Origin: Candidatus Omnitrophota bacterium
GTDB lineage: Bacteria; Omnitrophota; Gorgyraeia; Zapsychrales; Fredricksoniimonadaceae
Assembly (NCBI GenBank): GCA_017987425.1
Contig: JAGNTT010000001.1
Coordinates: 1 to 41,836 of the forward strand
Length of the DNA stretch: 41,836 nt
Reading direction: 5' to 3'
The stretch's first letter is position 1. Each line of letters starts with the position of its first letter. Below, piece after piece: positions 18,727-30,601 of the stretch. The notes below the pieces were generated by a model. That model ran no database searches and had not been told where the DNA came from. It saw only the letters and a list, made by a program, of their open reading frames with translations. A program made the translations under genes and the position numbers.

Positions 18727-19062
18727 CTATTTAGTCTTCAAATCAAGTTCAATGGTTATATGTGTTGTGCGTCTAAGAATCGGAGTGGCACGACCGAAAG
18801 AAGCAGCACGGAAACGTTTCCACATCGGTCCGCTGGTTGCTGTGATCTTGGATACAATCAACTGATCTTCCGTCAGGCCTTTTTGTTTGGCGTTGCTCAC
18901 CGCCGAGTTTAAAACCTTCAGAATTTTTTCTGTCGAGCCTTTATTGACATGCGTCAAGATCGAATGGGACGTCGCAACATCCTTGCCGCGGATCAAATCA
19001 ACAACCAGACGGGCCTTCTGGGGTGACACACGTAAATATTTTGCTTTAGCTTGGGCAATCAT
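18727..19062 (-). CDS. rplV: 50S ribosomal protein L22
   Basis: AKAKYLRVSPQKARLVVDLIRGK..., 111 aa. Confidence 0.95.
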   Translation of the reverse strand: MIAQAKAKYLRVSPQKARLVVDLIRGKDVATSHSILTHVNKGSTEKILKVLNSAVSNAKQKGLTEDQLIVSKITATSGPMWKRFRAASFGRATPILRRTTHITIELDLKTK

Positions 19063-19081
19063 GACCGCATTCCTTCATTAA

Positions 19082-19369
19082 TTATTTCTTAGCCATGGCT
19101 TTTTTGGCTTTAATGCCGCCATGACTTTTAAAAGTTCTCGTCGGGACAAACTCGCCCAACTTGAGGCCAACCATGTTCTCGGTGATGAATATCGGGATGT
19201 GCTTGCGGCCGTCATGAATTGCAAATGTATAGCCGACAAACTCAGGCAAAACCGTTGAACGACGTGACCATGTCTTGATCGGCTGTCTTGTGGATGAGGC
19301 GGTTACTTTGTTGAACCGACGCATCAAAGACTCTTCTACATAAGGTCCTTTTTTAACGGATCGTGACAT
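19082..19369 (-). CDS. rpsS: 30S ribosomal protein S19
   Basis: [15 protein letters not shown]...[23 protein letters not shown], 95 aa. Confidence 0.95.
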   Translation of the reverse strand: MSRSVKKGPYVEESLMRRFNKVTASSTRQPIKTWSRRSTVLPEFVGYTFAIHDGRKHIPIFITENMVGLKLGEFVPTRTFKSHGGIKAKKAMAKK

Positions 19370-19370
19370 A

Positions 19371-20210
19371 TTACTTTGCCCTTCTCTTTACGATAAAAAT
19401 ATTAGAGTATTTACGTTTTTTGCGAGTTTTATAACCTTTGGTCGGCTTACCCCATGGTGTAACAGGATGAGGATTACCCTGAGGGGCTTTACCTTCACCA
19501 CCACCGTGAGGATGGTCTACCGGGTTCATAACAACACCACGGGATTGCGGTCGGCGCCCCCACCAGCGGCTGCGGCCGGCTTTACCGATTGAAATCGTTT
19601 CATTCTCCACATTACTAAGCTGGCCGATCGTTGCGCGGCACTTGATGCTCACCTTACGGACTTCACTTGAAGGTAAACGCACGTGTGCTTCTTTGCCTTC
19701 CTTGGCAATCAGCTGAGCGGAGGTTCCTGCGGAGCGGACAATCTTTCCACCACGGCCGGGTTTCAATTCGAGATTATGGATCGCGGTTCCAAGCGGAATG
19801 CGCTGCAGCGGCATGCAATTTCCTGCAGAGATGTCCAAATCACCATCATTGGTGCTGCCGATCTGATCACCAACTCTAAGATCAACCGGAGCAAGAATAT
19901 AAGACTTTGTTTTATCGCTGGCATATTCGATCAAAGCAATGCGTGCAGTGCGGTTCGGATCATATTCAATCGCCAGTACAACAGCCATATCATCGATGCG
20001 GTCACGCTTGAAATCGACCAGACGGTACATTCTTTTGTGCCCGCCGCCTCGGTGACGGCTGGTGATGCGGCCATAAGAATTGCGTCCACCGGAACTCTTT
20101 AAAGTAACCAGGAGAGATTTCTCAGGATAACCTTTTGTGATTTCCTTGAAATCGGGAAGCGATGCGTGTCTTAATCCATTTGTGATCGGTTTGAATCTCT
20201 TGATACCCAT
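19371..20210 (-). CDS. rplB: 50S ribosomal protein L2
   Basis: 279-aa ORF with [19 protein letters not shown] and [13 protein letters not shown]. Confidence 0.96.
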   Translation of the reverse strand: MGIKRFKPITNGLRHASLPDFKEITKGYPEKSLLVTLKSSGGRNSYGRITSRHRGGGHKRMYRLVDFKRDRIDDMAVVLAIEYDPNRTARIALIEYASDKTKSYILAPVDLRVGDQIGSTNDGDLDISAGNCMPLQRIPLGTAIHNLELKPGRGGKIVRSAGTSAQLIAKEGKEAHVRLPSSEVRKVSIKCRATIGQLSNVENETISIGKAGRSRWWGRRPQSRGVVMNPVDHPHGGGEGKAPQGNPHPVTPWGKPTKGYKTRKKRKYSNIFIVKRRAK

Positions 20211-20247
20211 GATACCCTCAGTAATTTATGCGTCTGTAAACGGAAAT

Positions 20248-20526
20248 TTACGTCGTTTCGATTTTGGAGCCTTCTTTAAGCGTGACTATAGCCTTTTTCC
20301 AGTCAGACGTATAACCCAACTGATAACGGACACGCTTCGGCTTACCGGCAACGATAAGCGTATGCACGGCATCCACTTTTACTTTGTAAATCTCTTGAAC
20401 CGCTCTCTTGATGTCGATTTTAGTTGCAGTCTTGGCGACATAAAAAGTGTATTTCCGCTGCGGCTCCATGCTCGTACCTTTTTCGGTACGGATCAAACTT
20501 TTGACAATATCGTAGCTGGTAATCAT
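20248..20526 (-). CDS. rplW: 50S ribosomal protein L23
   Basis: 92-aa ORF with IRTEKGTSM... and the KKAIVTLKEG pattern, between rplD and rplB. Confidence 0.93.
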   Translation of the reverse strand: MITSYDIVKSLIRTEKGTSMEPQRKYTFYVAKTATKIDIKRAVQEIYKVKVDAVHTLIVAGKPKRVRYQLGYTSDWKKAIVTLKEGSKIETT

Positions 20527-21149
20527 TATTGGATTCTCTTTAATAAGTTCTCGATCGCGCTTTTAGTGACGAGAACAGTTTTGTTTTTCAAAACATCATA
20601 TGCATTGATGTCGCTTGCCCTGGTAAGGCTCAAAAACGGAATATTGCGTGAAGCCAATGTTACACCGCCTTCAGTACCATCAAACAATGCAAGAACCTTA
20701 CCACGCAGCTTGAAGTTTTTTAAGATTGCGGCAACTTCTTTTGTTTTCGGTTTGGCTAATTGGATATCTTCCAGACACAGAAGTTCTTTGGCCTGAAACT
20801 TCGCATTTAAAGATGCACGTAAAGCGGCAACACGGGTCTTCTTCGGCAATGCATAAGCATATTCGCGGGGATGCGGCCCGAAAACGATACCACCTTTGTG
20901 CCACAGCGGAGAACGTGATGAACCTGCACGGGCACGACCTGTTCCCTTTTGGCGCCACGGCTTTTTGCCGCCGCCGGAAACTTCACCGCGTGTTTTAGTG
21001 CTGGCGTTTCCCTGTCTCTGGTTAGCAAGATACATCACAACGGCCTGATGAAGGAGCGCTTCATTGACTTTCCCGCCAAAAATTTCATCGGGAAGTTCTA
21101 CGCTTCCTGTTTCTTTTCCCTTAATATCATGTACTGCTAGTTTTGCCAT
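20526..21149 (-). CDS. rplD: 50S ribosomal protein L4
   Basis: 207-aa ORF with RGEVSGGGKKPWRQKGTGRARAGSSRSPLW. Confidence 0.95.
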   Translation of the reverse strand: MAKLAVHDIKGKETGSVELPDEIFGGKVNEALLHQAVVMYLANQRQGNASTKTRGEVSGGGKKPWRQKGTGRARAGSSRSPLWHKGGIVFGPHPREYAYALPKKTRVAALRASLNAKFQAKELLCLEDIQLAKPKTKEVAAILKNFKLRGKVLALFDGTEGGVTLASRNIPFLSLTRASDINAYDVLKNKTVLVTKSAIENLLKRIQ

Positions 21150-21195
21150 ACCGGTTACCTAATTTTCTTGTTTTATTTCTAAACTATATTTAGAT

Positions 21196-21921
21196 TTATT
21201 TTTTGCCGCCCTTAGACGCGCCACCTTTAGCAGCAGCCTTGCTTTGCTTCATCGGGTTACGCTTCGATTCAACAACTTCGCGTTTTTCATCGAGCGAGCG
21301 GAACACCTTCTTCAAAGCTTTATTGACGGTCAAATAACCGTTCTTGTGTCCCGGAACAGCGCCTTTTACCAGGATAAGATTATTTTCCACGTCTACACTC
21401 ATAACGCGCAAATTCTGCGTGGTAATCTTGTCCATACCCATATGACCGGGCATGTGCTGACCTTTGTAAACGCGCGACGGATCCGAACTAGAACCGATCG
21501 AACCGACACGGCGGTGATGCATTGAACCGTGAGCTGCAGGACCGCCGCCCCAGTTCCAACGCTTCATACCACCCTGAAAACCTTTACCGATCGAAACACC
21601 TGAAATGTCGACGAAATCACCAGCCTTAAACAAGTCAGCCTTGATTTCTTGACCAACGGTATAAACTTTGTTGTCCGTCGAAGTGAATTCCTTAACCTTA
21701 CGCAACCCTGCAACGCCTAATTTTTTAAAATATCCTGTGCGCGGTTTATTGAGAGCTGTTTCTTTAACCGGCTCAAAACCCAGTACGACTTTCATCGGAC
21801 TTTCTTTAAGACCTAAAACAACGCAAGGACCGACTTCGATAGCAGTGACGGGAATGATGTTCCCTTCCTTATCGAAGATTTGAGTCATACCGACTTTTTT
21901 ACCTAATAAACCACGAATCAT
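21196..21921 (-). CDS. rplC: 50S ribosomal protein L3 with a Lys-rich C-terminal tail
   Basis: MIRGLLGKKVGMTQIFD... and GKGFQGGMKRWNWGGGPAAHGS. It is 241 aa versus about 210 typical. Confidence 0.95.
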   Translation of the reverse strand: MIRGLLGKKVGMTQIFDKEGNIIPVTAIEVGPCVVLGLKESPMKVVLGFEPVKETALNKPRTGYFKKLGVAGLRKVKEFTSTDNKVYTVGQEIKADLFKAGDFVDISGVSIGKGFQGGMKRWNWGGGPAAHGSMHHRRVGSIGSSSDPSRVYKGQHMPGHMGMDKITTQNLRVMSVDVENNLILVKGAVPGHKNGYLTVNKALKKVFRSLDEKREVVESKRNPMKQSKAAAKGGASKGGKK

Positions 21922-21960
21922 AAGAAACTCCCGTACAGACGATGATTAATCATCGCTTCC

Positions 21961-22263
21961 TTATTGCTTGATTTCCACATCAACACCAGCAGGAAGATTC
22001 AATTTACGCAGCGCCTCGACCGTTTTTGATGTAGGGTTCACAAGATCAATCAAACGTTTGTGGGTTGCCAACTGAAACTGCTCGCGTGATTTCTTATCGA
22101 TAACCGGAGAACGTAAAACCGTATACAATTCTTTTTTCGTAGGTAACGGAACCGGTCCGGCAACCTGAGCGCCGGTGCGGATGGCCGTATCCACGATTTC
22201 CTGGGTCGACTGATCGATCAGGCGGTGATCATAAGCTTTTAATTTGATTCTAATTTTCTGCAT
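21961..22263 (-). CDS. rpsJ: 30S ribosomal protein S10
   Basis: [19 protein letters not shown]...GPVPLPTK, 100 aa. Confidence 0.95.
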   Translation of the reverse strand: MQKIRIKLKAYDHRLIDQSTQEIVDTAIRTGAQVAGPVPLPTKKELYTVLRSPVIDKKSREQFQLATHKRLIDLVNPTSKTVEALRKLNLPAGVDVEIKQ

Positions 22264-22278
22264 AGTTTTCCTAAAATT

Positions 22279-22307
22279 GTAGGGGAGGGATTGAACCCCT
22301 CCCCTAC
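22279..22307 (-). terminator. GC-rich hairpin between tuf and rpsJ (str-operon terminator or S10-leader attenuator)
   Basis: Minus-strand RNA reads GUAGGGGAGGG-GUUCAAU-CCCUCCCCUAC (11-bp perfect stem, 7-nt loop) followed by AAUUUUAGG, which also carries the rpsJ SD. The U tract is short, so termination may be only partial. Confidence 0.5.
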
Positions 22308-22314
22308 TTTTAAA

Positions 22315-23508
22315 TTATTTCAATACTTCAGAAACAACACCTGCACCCACGGTTTTACCACCTTCGCGGATAGCAAAACGCAATTCCTTTTCCAATGCGA
22401 CCGGCGTGATGAGCTCAACCACTAATTCCACGTTATCACCAGGCATACACATTTCCTGGCCTTCGGGAAGCTGGGCTGTTCCGGTAACGTCTGTAGTTCT
22501 GAAATAGAACTGAGGACGATATCCCTTGAAGAACGGTGTATGACGTCCACCTTCTTCTTTAGTCAGGATATATGCAGTGGCTTTGAACTTTGTGTGCGGA
22601 GTAATCGAACCGTTGGCCGCGAGAACCATGCCGCGTTCCAAAGTGTCTTTGTCAGCACCGCGCAAAAGCAAACCAACATTGTCGCCAGCCTGACCTTCAT
22701 CCAATTCCTTGCGGAACATTTCAACACCGGTAATAACAGTTTTTGAAACTTTTTCACGAAGACCGACGAGTTCAACTTCTTCGCCGACTTTACACTTACC
22801 GCGTTCGATACGGCCTGTTGCAACGGTACCGCGACCGGAGATCGAGAATACGTCTTCAACAGCCATCAAGAACGGCTTATCCAACTCACGGACAGGTGTG
22901 GGGATGAAATCGTCTACAGCTTGCATAAGATCCAGAATCGGTTTGGTCTTGGCAGCGTCATTGATGTTGTTCAAAGCTTCCAAGGCGCTTCCACGGATGA
23001 TCGGGGTCTTTTCGCCGTCAAATTTGTATTTGGCTAAAAGATCACGGATTTCCATTTCAACGAGGTCCAACAATTCTTTATCTTCAACCTGATCGCACTT
23101 ATTCATGAAGACGACAATCTTAGGAACGTTAACCTGACGAGCCAAAAGAATGTGCTCGCGGGTCTGCGGCATCGGGCCGTCAGCAGCCGATACTACGAGG
23201 ATCGCACCGTCCATCTGAGCAGCACCGGTGATCATGTTCTTGATATAGTCAGCGTGACCGGGGCAATCGATGTGAGCATAATGACGATTGGCGGTCTGGT
23301 ATTCGATGTGCGAAATGTTGATCGTAACACCGCGCTCTTTTTCTTCGGGAGCGTTATCAATGGAATCATAGCTGCGGAATTCAGCCAAACCCTGCTTCGC
23401 GAGCACGTTTGTGATCGCCGAGCTTAAGGTCGTTTTACCATGGTCAACGTGACCGATAGTTCCGATGTTCAAGTGCGGTTTACTACGATTAAATTTTTCT
23501 TTTGCCAT
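22315..23508 (-). CDS. tuf: Elongation factor Tu
   Basis: [28 protein letters not shown]...DCPGHADY...NKCD, 397 aa. Confidence 0.97.
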   Translation of the reverse strand: MAKEKFNRSKPHLNIGTIGHVDHGKTTLSSAITNVLAKQGLAEFRSYDSIDNAPEEKERGVTINISHIEYQTANRHYAHIDCPGHADYIKNMITGAAQMDGAILVVSAADGPMPQTREHILLARQVNVPKIVVFMNKCDQVEDKELLDLVEMEIRDLLAKYKFDGEKTPIIRGSALEALNNINDAAKTKPILDLMQAVDDFIPTPVRELDKPFLMAVEDVFSISGRGTVATGRIERGKCKVGEEVELVGLREKVSKTVITGVEMFRKELDEGQAGDNVGLLLRGADKDTLERGMVLAANGSITPHTKFKATAYILTKEEGGRHTPFFKGYRPQFYFRTTDVTGTAQLPEGQEMCMPGDNVELVVELITPVALEKELRFAIREGGKTVGAGVVSEVLK

Positions 23509-23557
23509 GAATCATTCCTCCCCTTTGTTTATTCGCTAATAATCTATAAATAACGTT

Positions 23558-25660
23558 TTAGTTAACTTTCTTAACAACATCCTGACGAGAACCGATAATT
23601 TTCTCAGCAATGTTGTTTGGTACTTGAGCGTAAAATGACGGCTCCATCGAGAATGTTCCTCGTCCTTGAGATAAGGAACGAATGGCATTCGCATAGTTAA
23701 ACATTTCAGACAGCGGAACATCAATGATTGCAGTTTTAAGCTTACCTCTGTTACCGGACTCGTTGATCTTCGCACGACGGGTCAACAAATCGCCGATGAC
23801 AGCGCCCCAATAATCTTCCGGAACAACGATCTCTAACTTCATGATCGGCTCTTGGAAAATCGGTCCTGCGGCTCTGAAAGCATCATGAATAGCAAACTTA
23901 GCGGCCAACTGGAACGACATTTCATCAGAGTCAACGTCATGGTATTTACCGTCAACTAAGCTCACCTCAAAGTCCGTTACAGGATAACCTGCCAATACAC
24001 CGTTCAAGGCACCGATTTCAATACCTTCAAAACACGGTTTAATAAATTCACGGGGAATGGCACCGCTGCGTATTTTGTCATGGTAGACAATCCCTTTACC
24101 GACTTCACCCGGCTCCACGTCGATAACAACGTAACCATACTTACCGCGGCCACCGCTTTGAGAAATGTATTTCCCGACGATGCCTGTAACCTTTTTAGTG
24201 ATCGCCTCTTTGTAAGCAACTTCCGGGCGACCGACATTACAGGCCAGGTTGTATTCTCGCTTCATACGATCGACGATAATTTCCAAGTGCAACTCACCCA
24301 TACCGGAGATAATCGTTTGGGAAGTTTCCTTATCATACTTGACTCGTAAAGACGGATCTTCATCCAAAAATTTACGTAACACTTCCCCCATCTTATCCTG
24401 GTCGGCTTTGGTCAAAGGTTCAATCGCTAAAGAAATAACAGCTTCAGGCGGTTTCAAGCCTTCCAAAAGCATAGGTTTGTCTTCAGCACATATGGTATCG
24501 CCGGACTTCGATTCTTTTAATCCAACAAGAGCAACAATCTCACCCGGACCGGCTGAATTAACAATCTCTTGTTTGTTGGCATGCATCAGAAGCATCTTGG
24601 CAATCTTCTCACGCTTACCATTCGAGGAATTCAAATATTGCTGCCCCTGTGTGAATTTGCCGGCATAAATACGGGTATAAAAGATCTTGCCGACATACTT
24701 ATCGGATGCAATCTTGAACACTAAACCAACAGGAGATTCATTCTCATCAGGTTTACGTACAATCAATTCTTCTTTGTTATCAGGATTGTGTCCTCTCATA
24801 GGAGGGATATCAAGAGGTGAAGGAAGGTAATCAACAATCGCATCCAGAACCATTTGGACACCACGGTTTCTCAATGCCGTCCCGACAAGAACAGGAACAA
24901 ATTTACAGGCGATAACTGTGCGGCGGATTGCCTGCATGATTTGTTCTTTGGTCGGTTCTTTGCTGTTCAAAAAAAGATCCGCCATTTCATCGTCAACTTC
25001 AGCCAAACGTTCGATCAAAGTATGACGATATTGTTTAGTCTTTTCGGCAAATTCCGCGGGAAGCGGGAGGCGCTCATATTCCATCCCGTCTTTATCTTTA
25101 TAATTGATATATTGCTCATTAACAACATCAATAATTCCTTTAAAACTATCTTCTGTTCCATCAGGAAACTCAATACCTGCGGCATTTGTGCCAAGACGTT
25201 CATTCATTTCACCAAGCACGCGATCAAAATCAGCACCTAAACGATCGATCTTATTGATAAATGCAATTCGCGGCACATGATATTTATCTGCCTGACGGTA
25301 TACAGTTTCTGTTTGTGGTTGCACACCAGAACAGCCGCACAAAACAATCACGCAACCATCCAGAACTTTTAATGATCTTTCTACTTCAATTGTAAAATCC
25401 ACGTGACCGGGAGTATCAATGATGTTGAAACGGTGATCACGCCAGAAAGCGGTTGTGGCTGCGGACATGATGGTAATACCGCGTTCCTGCTCCTGGGGCA
25501 TGAAGTCCATCGTGGTGTTCCCGTCATCGATATTACCCATCTTATGAATGGTACCGGTATAGTAGAGAACACGTTCGGTCGTAGTGGTTTTACCGGCGTC
25601 GATATGCGCGATAATACCAAAATTGCGGAACTTATTGAGAGGAATTGTGTTTGATGCCAT
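23558..25660 (-). CDS. fusA: Elongation factor G
   Basis: 700-aa ORF with FRNFGIIAHIDAGKTTTTERVLYYTG and DTPGHVDFT. Confidence 0.97.
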   Translation of the reverse strand: MASNTIPLNKFRNFGIIAHIDAGKTTTTERVLYYTGTIHKMGNIDDGNTTMDFMPQEQERGITIMSAATTAFWRDHRFNIIDTPGHVDFTIEVERSLKVLDGCVIVLCGCSGVQPQTETVYRQADKYHVPRIAFINKIDRLGADFDRVLGEMNERLGTNAAGIEFPDGTEDSFKGIIDVVNEQYINYKDKDGMEYERLPLPAEFAEKTKQYRHTLIERLAEVDDEMADLFLNSKEPTKEQIMQAIRRTVIACKFVPVLVGTALRNRGVQMVLDAIVDYLPSPLDIPPMRGHNPDNKEELIVRKPDENESPVGLVFKIASDKYVGKIFYTRIYAGKFTQGQQYLNSSNGKREKIAKMLLMHANKQEIVNSAGPGEIVALVGLKESKSGDTICAEDKPMLLEGLKPPEAVISLAIEPLTKADQDKMGEVLRKFLDEDPSLRVKYDKETSQTIISGMGELHLEIIVDRMKREYNLACNVGRPEVAYKEAITKKVTGIVGKYISQSGGRGKYGYVVIDVEPGEVGKGIVYHDKIRSGAIPREFIKPCFEGIEIGALNGVLAGYPVTDFEVSLVDGKYHDVDSDEMSFQLAAKFAIHDAFRAAGPIFQEPIMKLEIVVPEDYWGAVIGDLLTRRAKINESGNRGKLKTAIIDVPLSEMFNYANAIRSLSQGRGTFSMEPSFYAQVPNNIAEKIIGSRQDVVKKVN

Positions 25661-25697
25661 AAGTTTAATTAAATCCTAAAAAAATTTTCTATAAGGT

Positions 25698-26168
25698 TTA
25701 CCAGCGTAAATGGCTGAATGCACGGTTCGCTTCGGCCATTTTGTGGGTCTCATCGCGTTTTTTAATAGCTGGCCCTTCATTCTTATATGCTGCAATCAAT
25801 TCATCGGCTAATTTGACCATCATCGGCTTGCCTTTTTTCTTGCGGGCAAAATCACGGATCCAACGCATTGCCAGAGAAGAACCTCTGAGCGGAGAAACAT
25901 CAATGGGAACCTGATATGTCGCACCACCGACGCGGCGGCCTTTGACTTCAAGGCGCGGACGGACATTATCAATCGCTTTATTGAAAGCTTTTAACGGAGA
26001 ATCCTCCGGTGTTTTATCTTTGATAAGATCAAGCGCTCCGTAGACAATACCTTCAGCAACTGTCTTCTTACCTTTGGTCATGACAATACTGACAAAACGC
26101 GCGACCATTTCACTGCTAAATTTTGGATCGGGAATCGTTTCTCTTTTTTCTGCTCTACGTCTTCTCAT
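25698..26168 (-). CDS. rpsG: 30S ribosomal protein S7
   Basis: [17 protein letters not shown]... and [10 protein letters not shown], 156 aa. Its start overlaps the rpsL stop (TAATG). Confidence 0.95.
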   Translation of the reverse strand: MRRRRAEKRETIPDPKFSSEMVARFVSIVMTKGKKTVAEGIVYGALDLIKDKTPEDSPLKAFNKAIDNVRPRLEVKGRRVGGATYQVPIDVSPLRGSSLAMRWIRDFARKKKGKPMMVKLADELIAAYKNEGPAIKKRDETHKMAEANRAFSHLRW

Positions 26169-26539
26169 TACTTGGCTCTCTTAGTTCCGTATTTTGAACG
26201 TGATTTTTTACGGTTGTTGACACCGGCGGTATCCAGCGTCCCGCGGACGATATGATAACGCACACCTGGTAAGTCCTTAACACGACCGCCTCTGACAAGC
26301 ACGATCGAGTGCTCCTGAAGGTTGTGACCTTCACCCGGAATATATGAAGTCACTTCAATGCGATTCGATAAACGCACTCTCGCAATTTTACGCAATGCCG
26401 AGTTCGGTTTTTTCGGCGTCATGGTTTTAACTTGTAAACAGACACCACGGCGCTGCGGGCACTCGGTCAATGCCGGTGACTTACTCTTCTTGATTTTGGA
26501 CTGTCTCTGTTTTCTGATCAGCTGTGATATCGTTGGCAT
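26168..26539 (-). CDS. rpsL: 30S ribosomal protein S12
   Basis: Canonical [10 protein letters not shown]... start and [10 protein letters not shown], 123 aa. The first 59 nt lie inside the 3' end of rpoC in another frame. Confidence 0.95.
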   Translation of the reverse strand: MPTISQLIRKQRQSKIKKSKSPALTECPQRRGVCLQVKTMTPKKPNSALRKIARVRLSNRIEVTSYIPGEGHNLQEHSIVLVRGGRVKDLPGVRYHIVRGTLDTAGVNNRKKSRSKYGTKRAK

Positions 26540-29500
26540 ATTTAACCATTTCTATGTGTTCGTAATTTTTCAAACCGGTTCCTGCCGGAATTAAATGTCC
26601 GACAATAACGTTTTCTTTCAATCCGGATAAGAGGTCAACTTTACCAGATGCTGCCGCTTCTGTCAAGACTCTTGTTGTCTCTTGGAAACTAGCTGCAGAA
26701 ATAAAACTCTCCGTCGTCAAAGAGACCTTTGTGATACCCAATAAGAGCGGTGTCGCAGATGCCGGTTTTCCTTTTTTCTTAATGATTGTTTCATTGGCCT
26801 TTTTAAAAATATTTTTGTCAATTTGTTCGCCAACTAAAAACTCACTATCACCGGAATCATCGATGCGAACTTTCTTGAGCATCTGAGAAATGATAAGCTC
26901 GATGTGTTTATCATTGATGCGCACACCTTGCAGACGATAAACTTCCTGAACTTCATTCAAAAGATATTCTTGCAAAACCTTGTCACCGCAAACACGCAGG
27001 ATGTCCTGAGGAACAACTGGCCCGTCGGTCAACTGCTGACCGGCAAAAACTTTATCACCCTTGTAAACGTTCGGGTGTTTGCCGTGCGGAATAGTGTATT
27101 CTTTGGCCATACCCGTCGGAGACTTAACAACAATAGTACGCAAACCCTTTTTATCTGTTCCGAATTCTACGAAACCGTCGATTTCGCTGATGACGGCCGG
27201 ATCTTTCGGACGGCGAGCTTCGAATAATTCAGCAACGCGCGGAAGACCACCGGTGATGTCGCGTGTTTTTCCGATACTGCGCGGAATCTTTGCAACGAGT
27301 TCACCACCAGCAACCGTCGACTGGTCATCAACAAGAATGTGCGCACCGACGGGAATCGAATAAATCCCGACAACTTCTTTTTTGTCGTCGATGATGATGA
27401 TCTGCGGATGATACTCCTGTTTATGCTCGACAACAACGCGTTCCGTAACGCCTGTGACAGGATTTTGTTCTTCACGGACCGTAATGTCTTCTTTAAGATC
27501 TTCGAACTTAACAGTACCTTTAACTTCGGTGATGATCGGAATCGTGTACGGATCCCAAGTCGCTAGAGTTTCACCTTTTTCAATCGATACTCCGTCGGCA
27601 AATACGAGCGCGGTACCCTGAGGCAATGCATGTCGTTCGAATTCACGGCCGTATTCGTTATTAATACTGACGGCACCGTTGCGGTTCAAAACAATAAATT
27701 CTTTACCTTTTTGAACAACACGCAACTGGTGATATTTAACAATACCTTTATTTTTCGTCTTAATGAATGACTGCTCAATTGTACGTGATGCAGTACCACC
27801 GATGTGGAAAGTACGCATGGTCAACTGTGTACCCGGCTCCCCGATACTCTGGGCAGCGATCGTACCAACGGCTTCACCGAGCTCCACCATGCGGTGTGTG
27901 GCCAGGTTGCGACCGTAACATTTTATACAAACTCCACGTCCAGCTTCGCATGTGAGTGCGCTACGAATACGCACTTTTTCGATACCAAGCTGTTCAATCA
28001 TGTCGGCTTTTTCTTCCGAAATCTCGCCTCCGGAGACAACAACCTGCTGGTCTGTGACGATGTCGACGATGTTATCAAGCGCCACACGTCCGACGATACG
28101 TTCTTTCAAAGCAACGACAAGCTCATCGCCTTCGACGATGGCGGAAACAGTAATACCATTAAGAGTTCCGCAATCTTCCTCATTGACAACTAACTCTTGA
28201 GCAACGTCAACAAGACGACGGGTCAGATAACCGGCGTCGGCTGTTTTAAGAGCTGTATCCGCCAGACCTTTACGGGCACCGTGAGTAGAAATGAAATACT
28301 CCAATACAGTCAGACCTTCGCGGAAGCTAGCCGTGATCGGATTTTCGATAATCTCACCCGACGGCTTTGCCATCAGCCCGCGCATACCCGACAGCTGACG
28401 GATCTGAAGTTTAGAACCGCGAGCGCCGGAGTCGGCCATGATGTAGACAGGATTAAATTGATCCATTTTCTTGAACACCATGTCGGAAAGAATTTCCGTT
28501 GTATGGGTCCAAACGTCGATGATCTTGTTATAGCGTTCGCGTCCGGTGATGATACCTTTGCGATACTGATCTTCAATCTTCGCGACTTCCTGCTTAGAAT
28601 TGGCAATAACCTTCGATTTTTCCTCAGGCACAGTTAAATCGGACATGCTGATGGAAATACCAGCCTCCGTTGCCTTGATAAAGCCCAATGCCTTAAGCTC
28701 GTCGAGAAGATGGATAGTCCTATGCTGACCAAAACGTTTAAAGCAGTCAGAGATAACGTTACCTATTTTCTTTTTATCCAAAAGATCATTCACATACCCG
28801 AAGTCCGTAGGCAGAACTTCATTAAGCATGATACGACCGATGGTTGTTTCGATAATATTCATTTTAGAAGATTTCGCAGAAACATCTTCTTTAGACTTGC
28901 CTTTTAAGTCTGAAGTCGAGATAACCATGGAAGGCTTTTCTTCTCCCCACACCGGTCCGTTCACACGCAGTTTAATGCGGGCGTGCATGTCGATAAGACC
29001 GTCATAGAAAGCGATCAATGCCTCTTGTGCGCTCGCGAATAAATGACCCTCACCCTTGTTGCCCAATTTTTCCTTTGTCAAATAATACAGCCCAAGAACG
29101 ATGTCCTGAGTCGGCGACATAACAGGACGTCCATCCGCCGGAGAGAACAGGTTATTGACCGACAAAAGTTCAAGACGGCATTCGATCTGCGCTTCCAGAG
29201 ACAACGGAATGTGAACGGCCATCTGGTCACCATCGAAGTCGGCGTTAAAAGCGGTACAGACGAGCGGGTGCAAACGAATAGCTTTACCTTCAATCAAGAT
29301 CGGCTGAAACGCCTGAATTGACAAACGGTGCAGCGTCGGCGCGCGGTTGAGCATGACCGGATGGTCCTTGATGACATCGTCGAGGATGTCCCAGACTTCA
29401 ATCTTGGCGCGTTCGACCATGCGCTTGGCGCCCTTGATGGTATGCACGAAACCTTTTTCACGCAACTTACGTATGATAAACGGTTCAAACAGCTCGAGAG

Positions 29501-30596
29501 CCATCTTCTTCGGCAGACCGCACTGATGAAGTTTCAGTTCAGGCCCGACGACGATGACGGAGCGGCCGGAATAATCGACGCGTTTACCAAGAAGGTTCAT
29601 ACGGAAACGGCCTTGCTTTCCCTTTAACATGTCTGAAAGGGACTTCAAAGGACGGTTTCCAGATCCCAATACAGGACGGCCGTGACGACCGTTGTCCAAC
29701 AAAGCGTCGACGGCTTCCTGAAGCATGCGCTTTTCATTGCGGATAATGATTTCCGGCGCATTCAAATCGATAAGTTTTTTAAGACGGTTATTGCGGTTGA
29801 TAACACGGCGATAAAGATCGTTCAAGTCGGATGTCGCGAAACGTCCGCCTTCGAGCGGAACGAGCGGACGCAGATCCGGAGGAATGACCGGGAGAATATC
29901 CAAAATCATCCAGTCAGCCTGGTTACCGGAAACTTTAAAATCCTCGACGATCTTGAGGTTCTTGGCGATTTTCTTGAAATTCGTACCGTTAGGGTTAGCT
30001 GTTTCAAGATCCTTGCGAAGCTTCTTGCAAAGAACATTGAGATCAATCTCGCGCAATAAATCACGGATGGCTTCAGCACCAATCTTGGCCTTGAAAGCAC
30101 CGCCGTGCTTAACAAGCGCGTCCTGATATTGATCTTCGGAGAGAAGTTCCTTTTTCTTTAAGGAAGTTTCACCCGGATCAAGAACAACATATTCTTCATA
30201 GTAGATGATTTTCTCGAGATCACGAAGACCGATCTGCAGCATGGCCGACAAACGCGATGGGACGGCCTTATAGAACCAGATGTGCGTCACAGGACAGGCA
30301 AGTTCAATATGGCCCATGCGTTCACGACGGACGGACGAACGGGTTACCAGAACACCGCAGCGGTCGCAGGTGATGCCCTTAAACTTGATTCCCTTATATT
30401 TGCCGCAGTTGCATTCCCAATCCCGAATCGGCCCGAAGATACGTTCACAAAAAAGACCGTCCTTCTCGGGTTTAAGCGTGCGGTAGTTCAGTGTTTCGGC
30501 TTTCTTGACCGGGCCTTTCGACCACGATGAAATAATATCCGGAGACGCAATTTTGATGGTGATGCGGTCTTGATTTTTGATATCGATTTTGCTCAT
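26481..30596 (-). CDS. rpoC: DNA-directed RNA polymerase beta' subunit
   Basis: 1371-aa ORF with a Zn finger ([20 protein letters not shown]), the catalytic [12 protein letters not shown] and a C-terminal GHLIPAGTG followed by a 30-aa tail. Confidence 0.97.
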   Translation of the reverse strand: MSKIDIKNQDRITIKIASPDIISSWSKGPVKKAETLNYRTLKPEKDGLFCERIFGPIRDWECNCGKYKGIKFKGITCDRCGVLVTRSSVRRERMGHIELACPVTHIWFYKAVPSRLSAMLQIGLRDLEKIIYYEEYVVLDPGETSLKKKELLSEDQYQDALVKHGGAFKAKIGAEAIRDLLREIDLNVLCKKLRKDLETANPNGTNFKKIAKNLKIVEDFKVSGNQADWMILDILPVIPPDLRPLVPLEGGRFATSDLNDLYRRVINRNNRLKKLIDLNAPEIIIRNEKRMLQEAVDALLDNGRHGRPVLGSGNRPLKSLSDMLKGKQGRFRMNLLGKRVDYSGRSVIVVGPELKLHQCGLPKKMALELFEPFIIRKLREKGFVHTIKGAKRMVERAKIEVWDILDDVIKDHPVMLNRAPTLHRLSIQAFQPILIEGKAIRLHPLVCTAFNADFDGDQMAVHIPLSLEAQIECRLELLSVNNLFSPADGRPVMSPTQDIVLGLYYLTKEKLGNKGEGHLFASAQEALIAFYDGLIDMHARIKLRVNGPVWGEEKPSMVISTSDLKGKSKEDVSAKSSKMNIIETTIGRIMLNEVLPTDFGYVNDLLDKKKIGNVISDCFKRFGQHRTIHLLDELKALGFIKATEAGISISMSDLTVPEEKSKVIANSKQEVAKIEDQYRKGIITGRERYNKIIDVWTHTTEILSDMVFKKMDQFNPVYIMADSGARGSKLQIRQLSGMRGLMAKPSGEIIENPITASFREGLTVLEYFISTHGARKGLADTALKTADAGYLTRRLVDVAQELVVNEEDCGTLNGITVSAIVEGDELVVALKERIVGRVALDNIVDIVTDQQVVVSGGEISEEKADMIEQLGIEKVRIRSALTCEAGRGVCIKCYGRNLATHRMVELGEAVGTIAAQSIGEPGTQLTMRTFHIGGTASRTIEQSFIKTKNKGIVKYHQLRVVQKGKEFIVLNRNGAVSINNEYGREFERHALPQGTALVFADGVSIEKGETLATWDPYTIPIITEVKGTVKFEDLKEDITVREEQNPVTGVTERVVVEHKQEYHPQIIIIDDKKEVVGIYSIPVGAHILVDDQSTVAGGELVAKIPRSIGKTRDITGGLPRVAELFEARRPKDPAVISEIDGFVEFGTDKKGLRTIVVKSPTGMAKEYTIPHGKHPNVYKGDKVFAGQQLTDGPVVPQDILRVCGDKVLQEYLLNEVQEVYRLQGVRINDKHIELIISQMLKKVRIDDSGDSEFLVGEQIDKNIFKKANETIIKKKGKPASATPLLLGITKVSLTTESFISAASFQETTRVLTEAAASGKVDLLSGLKENVIVGHLIPAGTGLKNYEHIEMVKYANDITADQKTETVQNQEE

Positions 30597-30601
30597 GAGA
30601 A

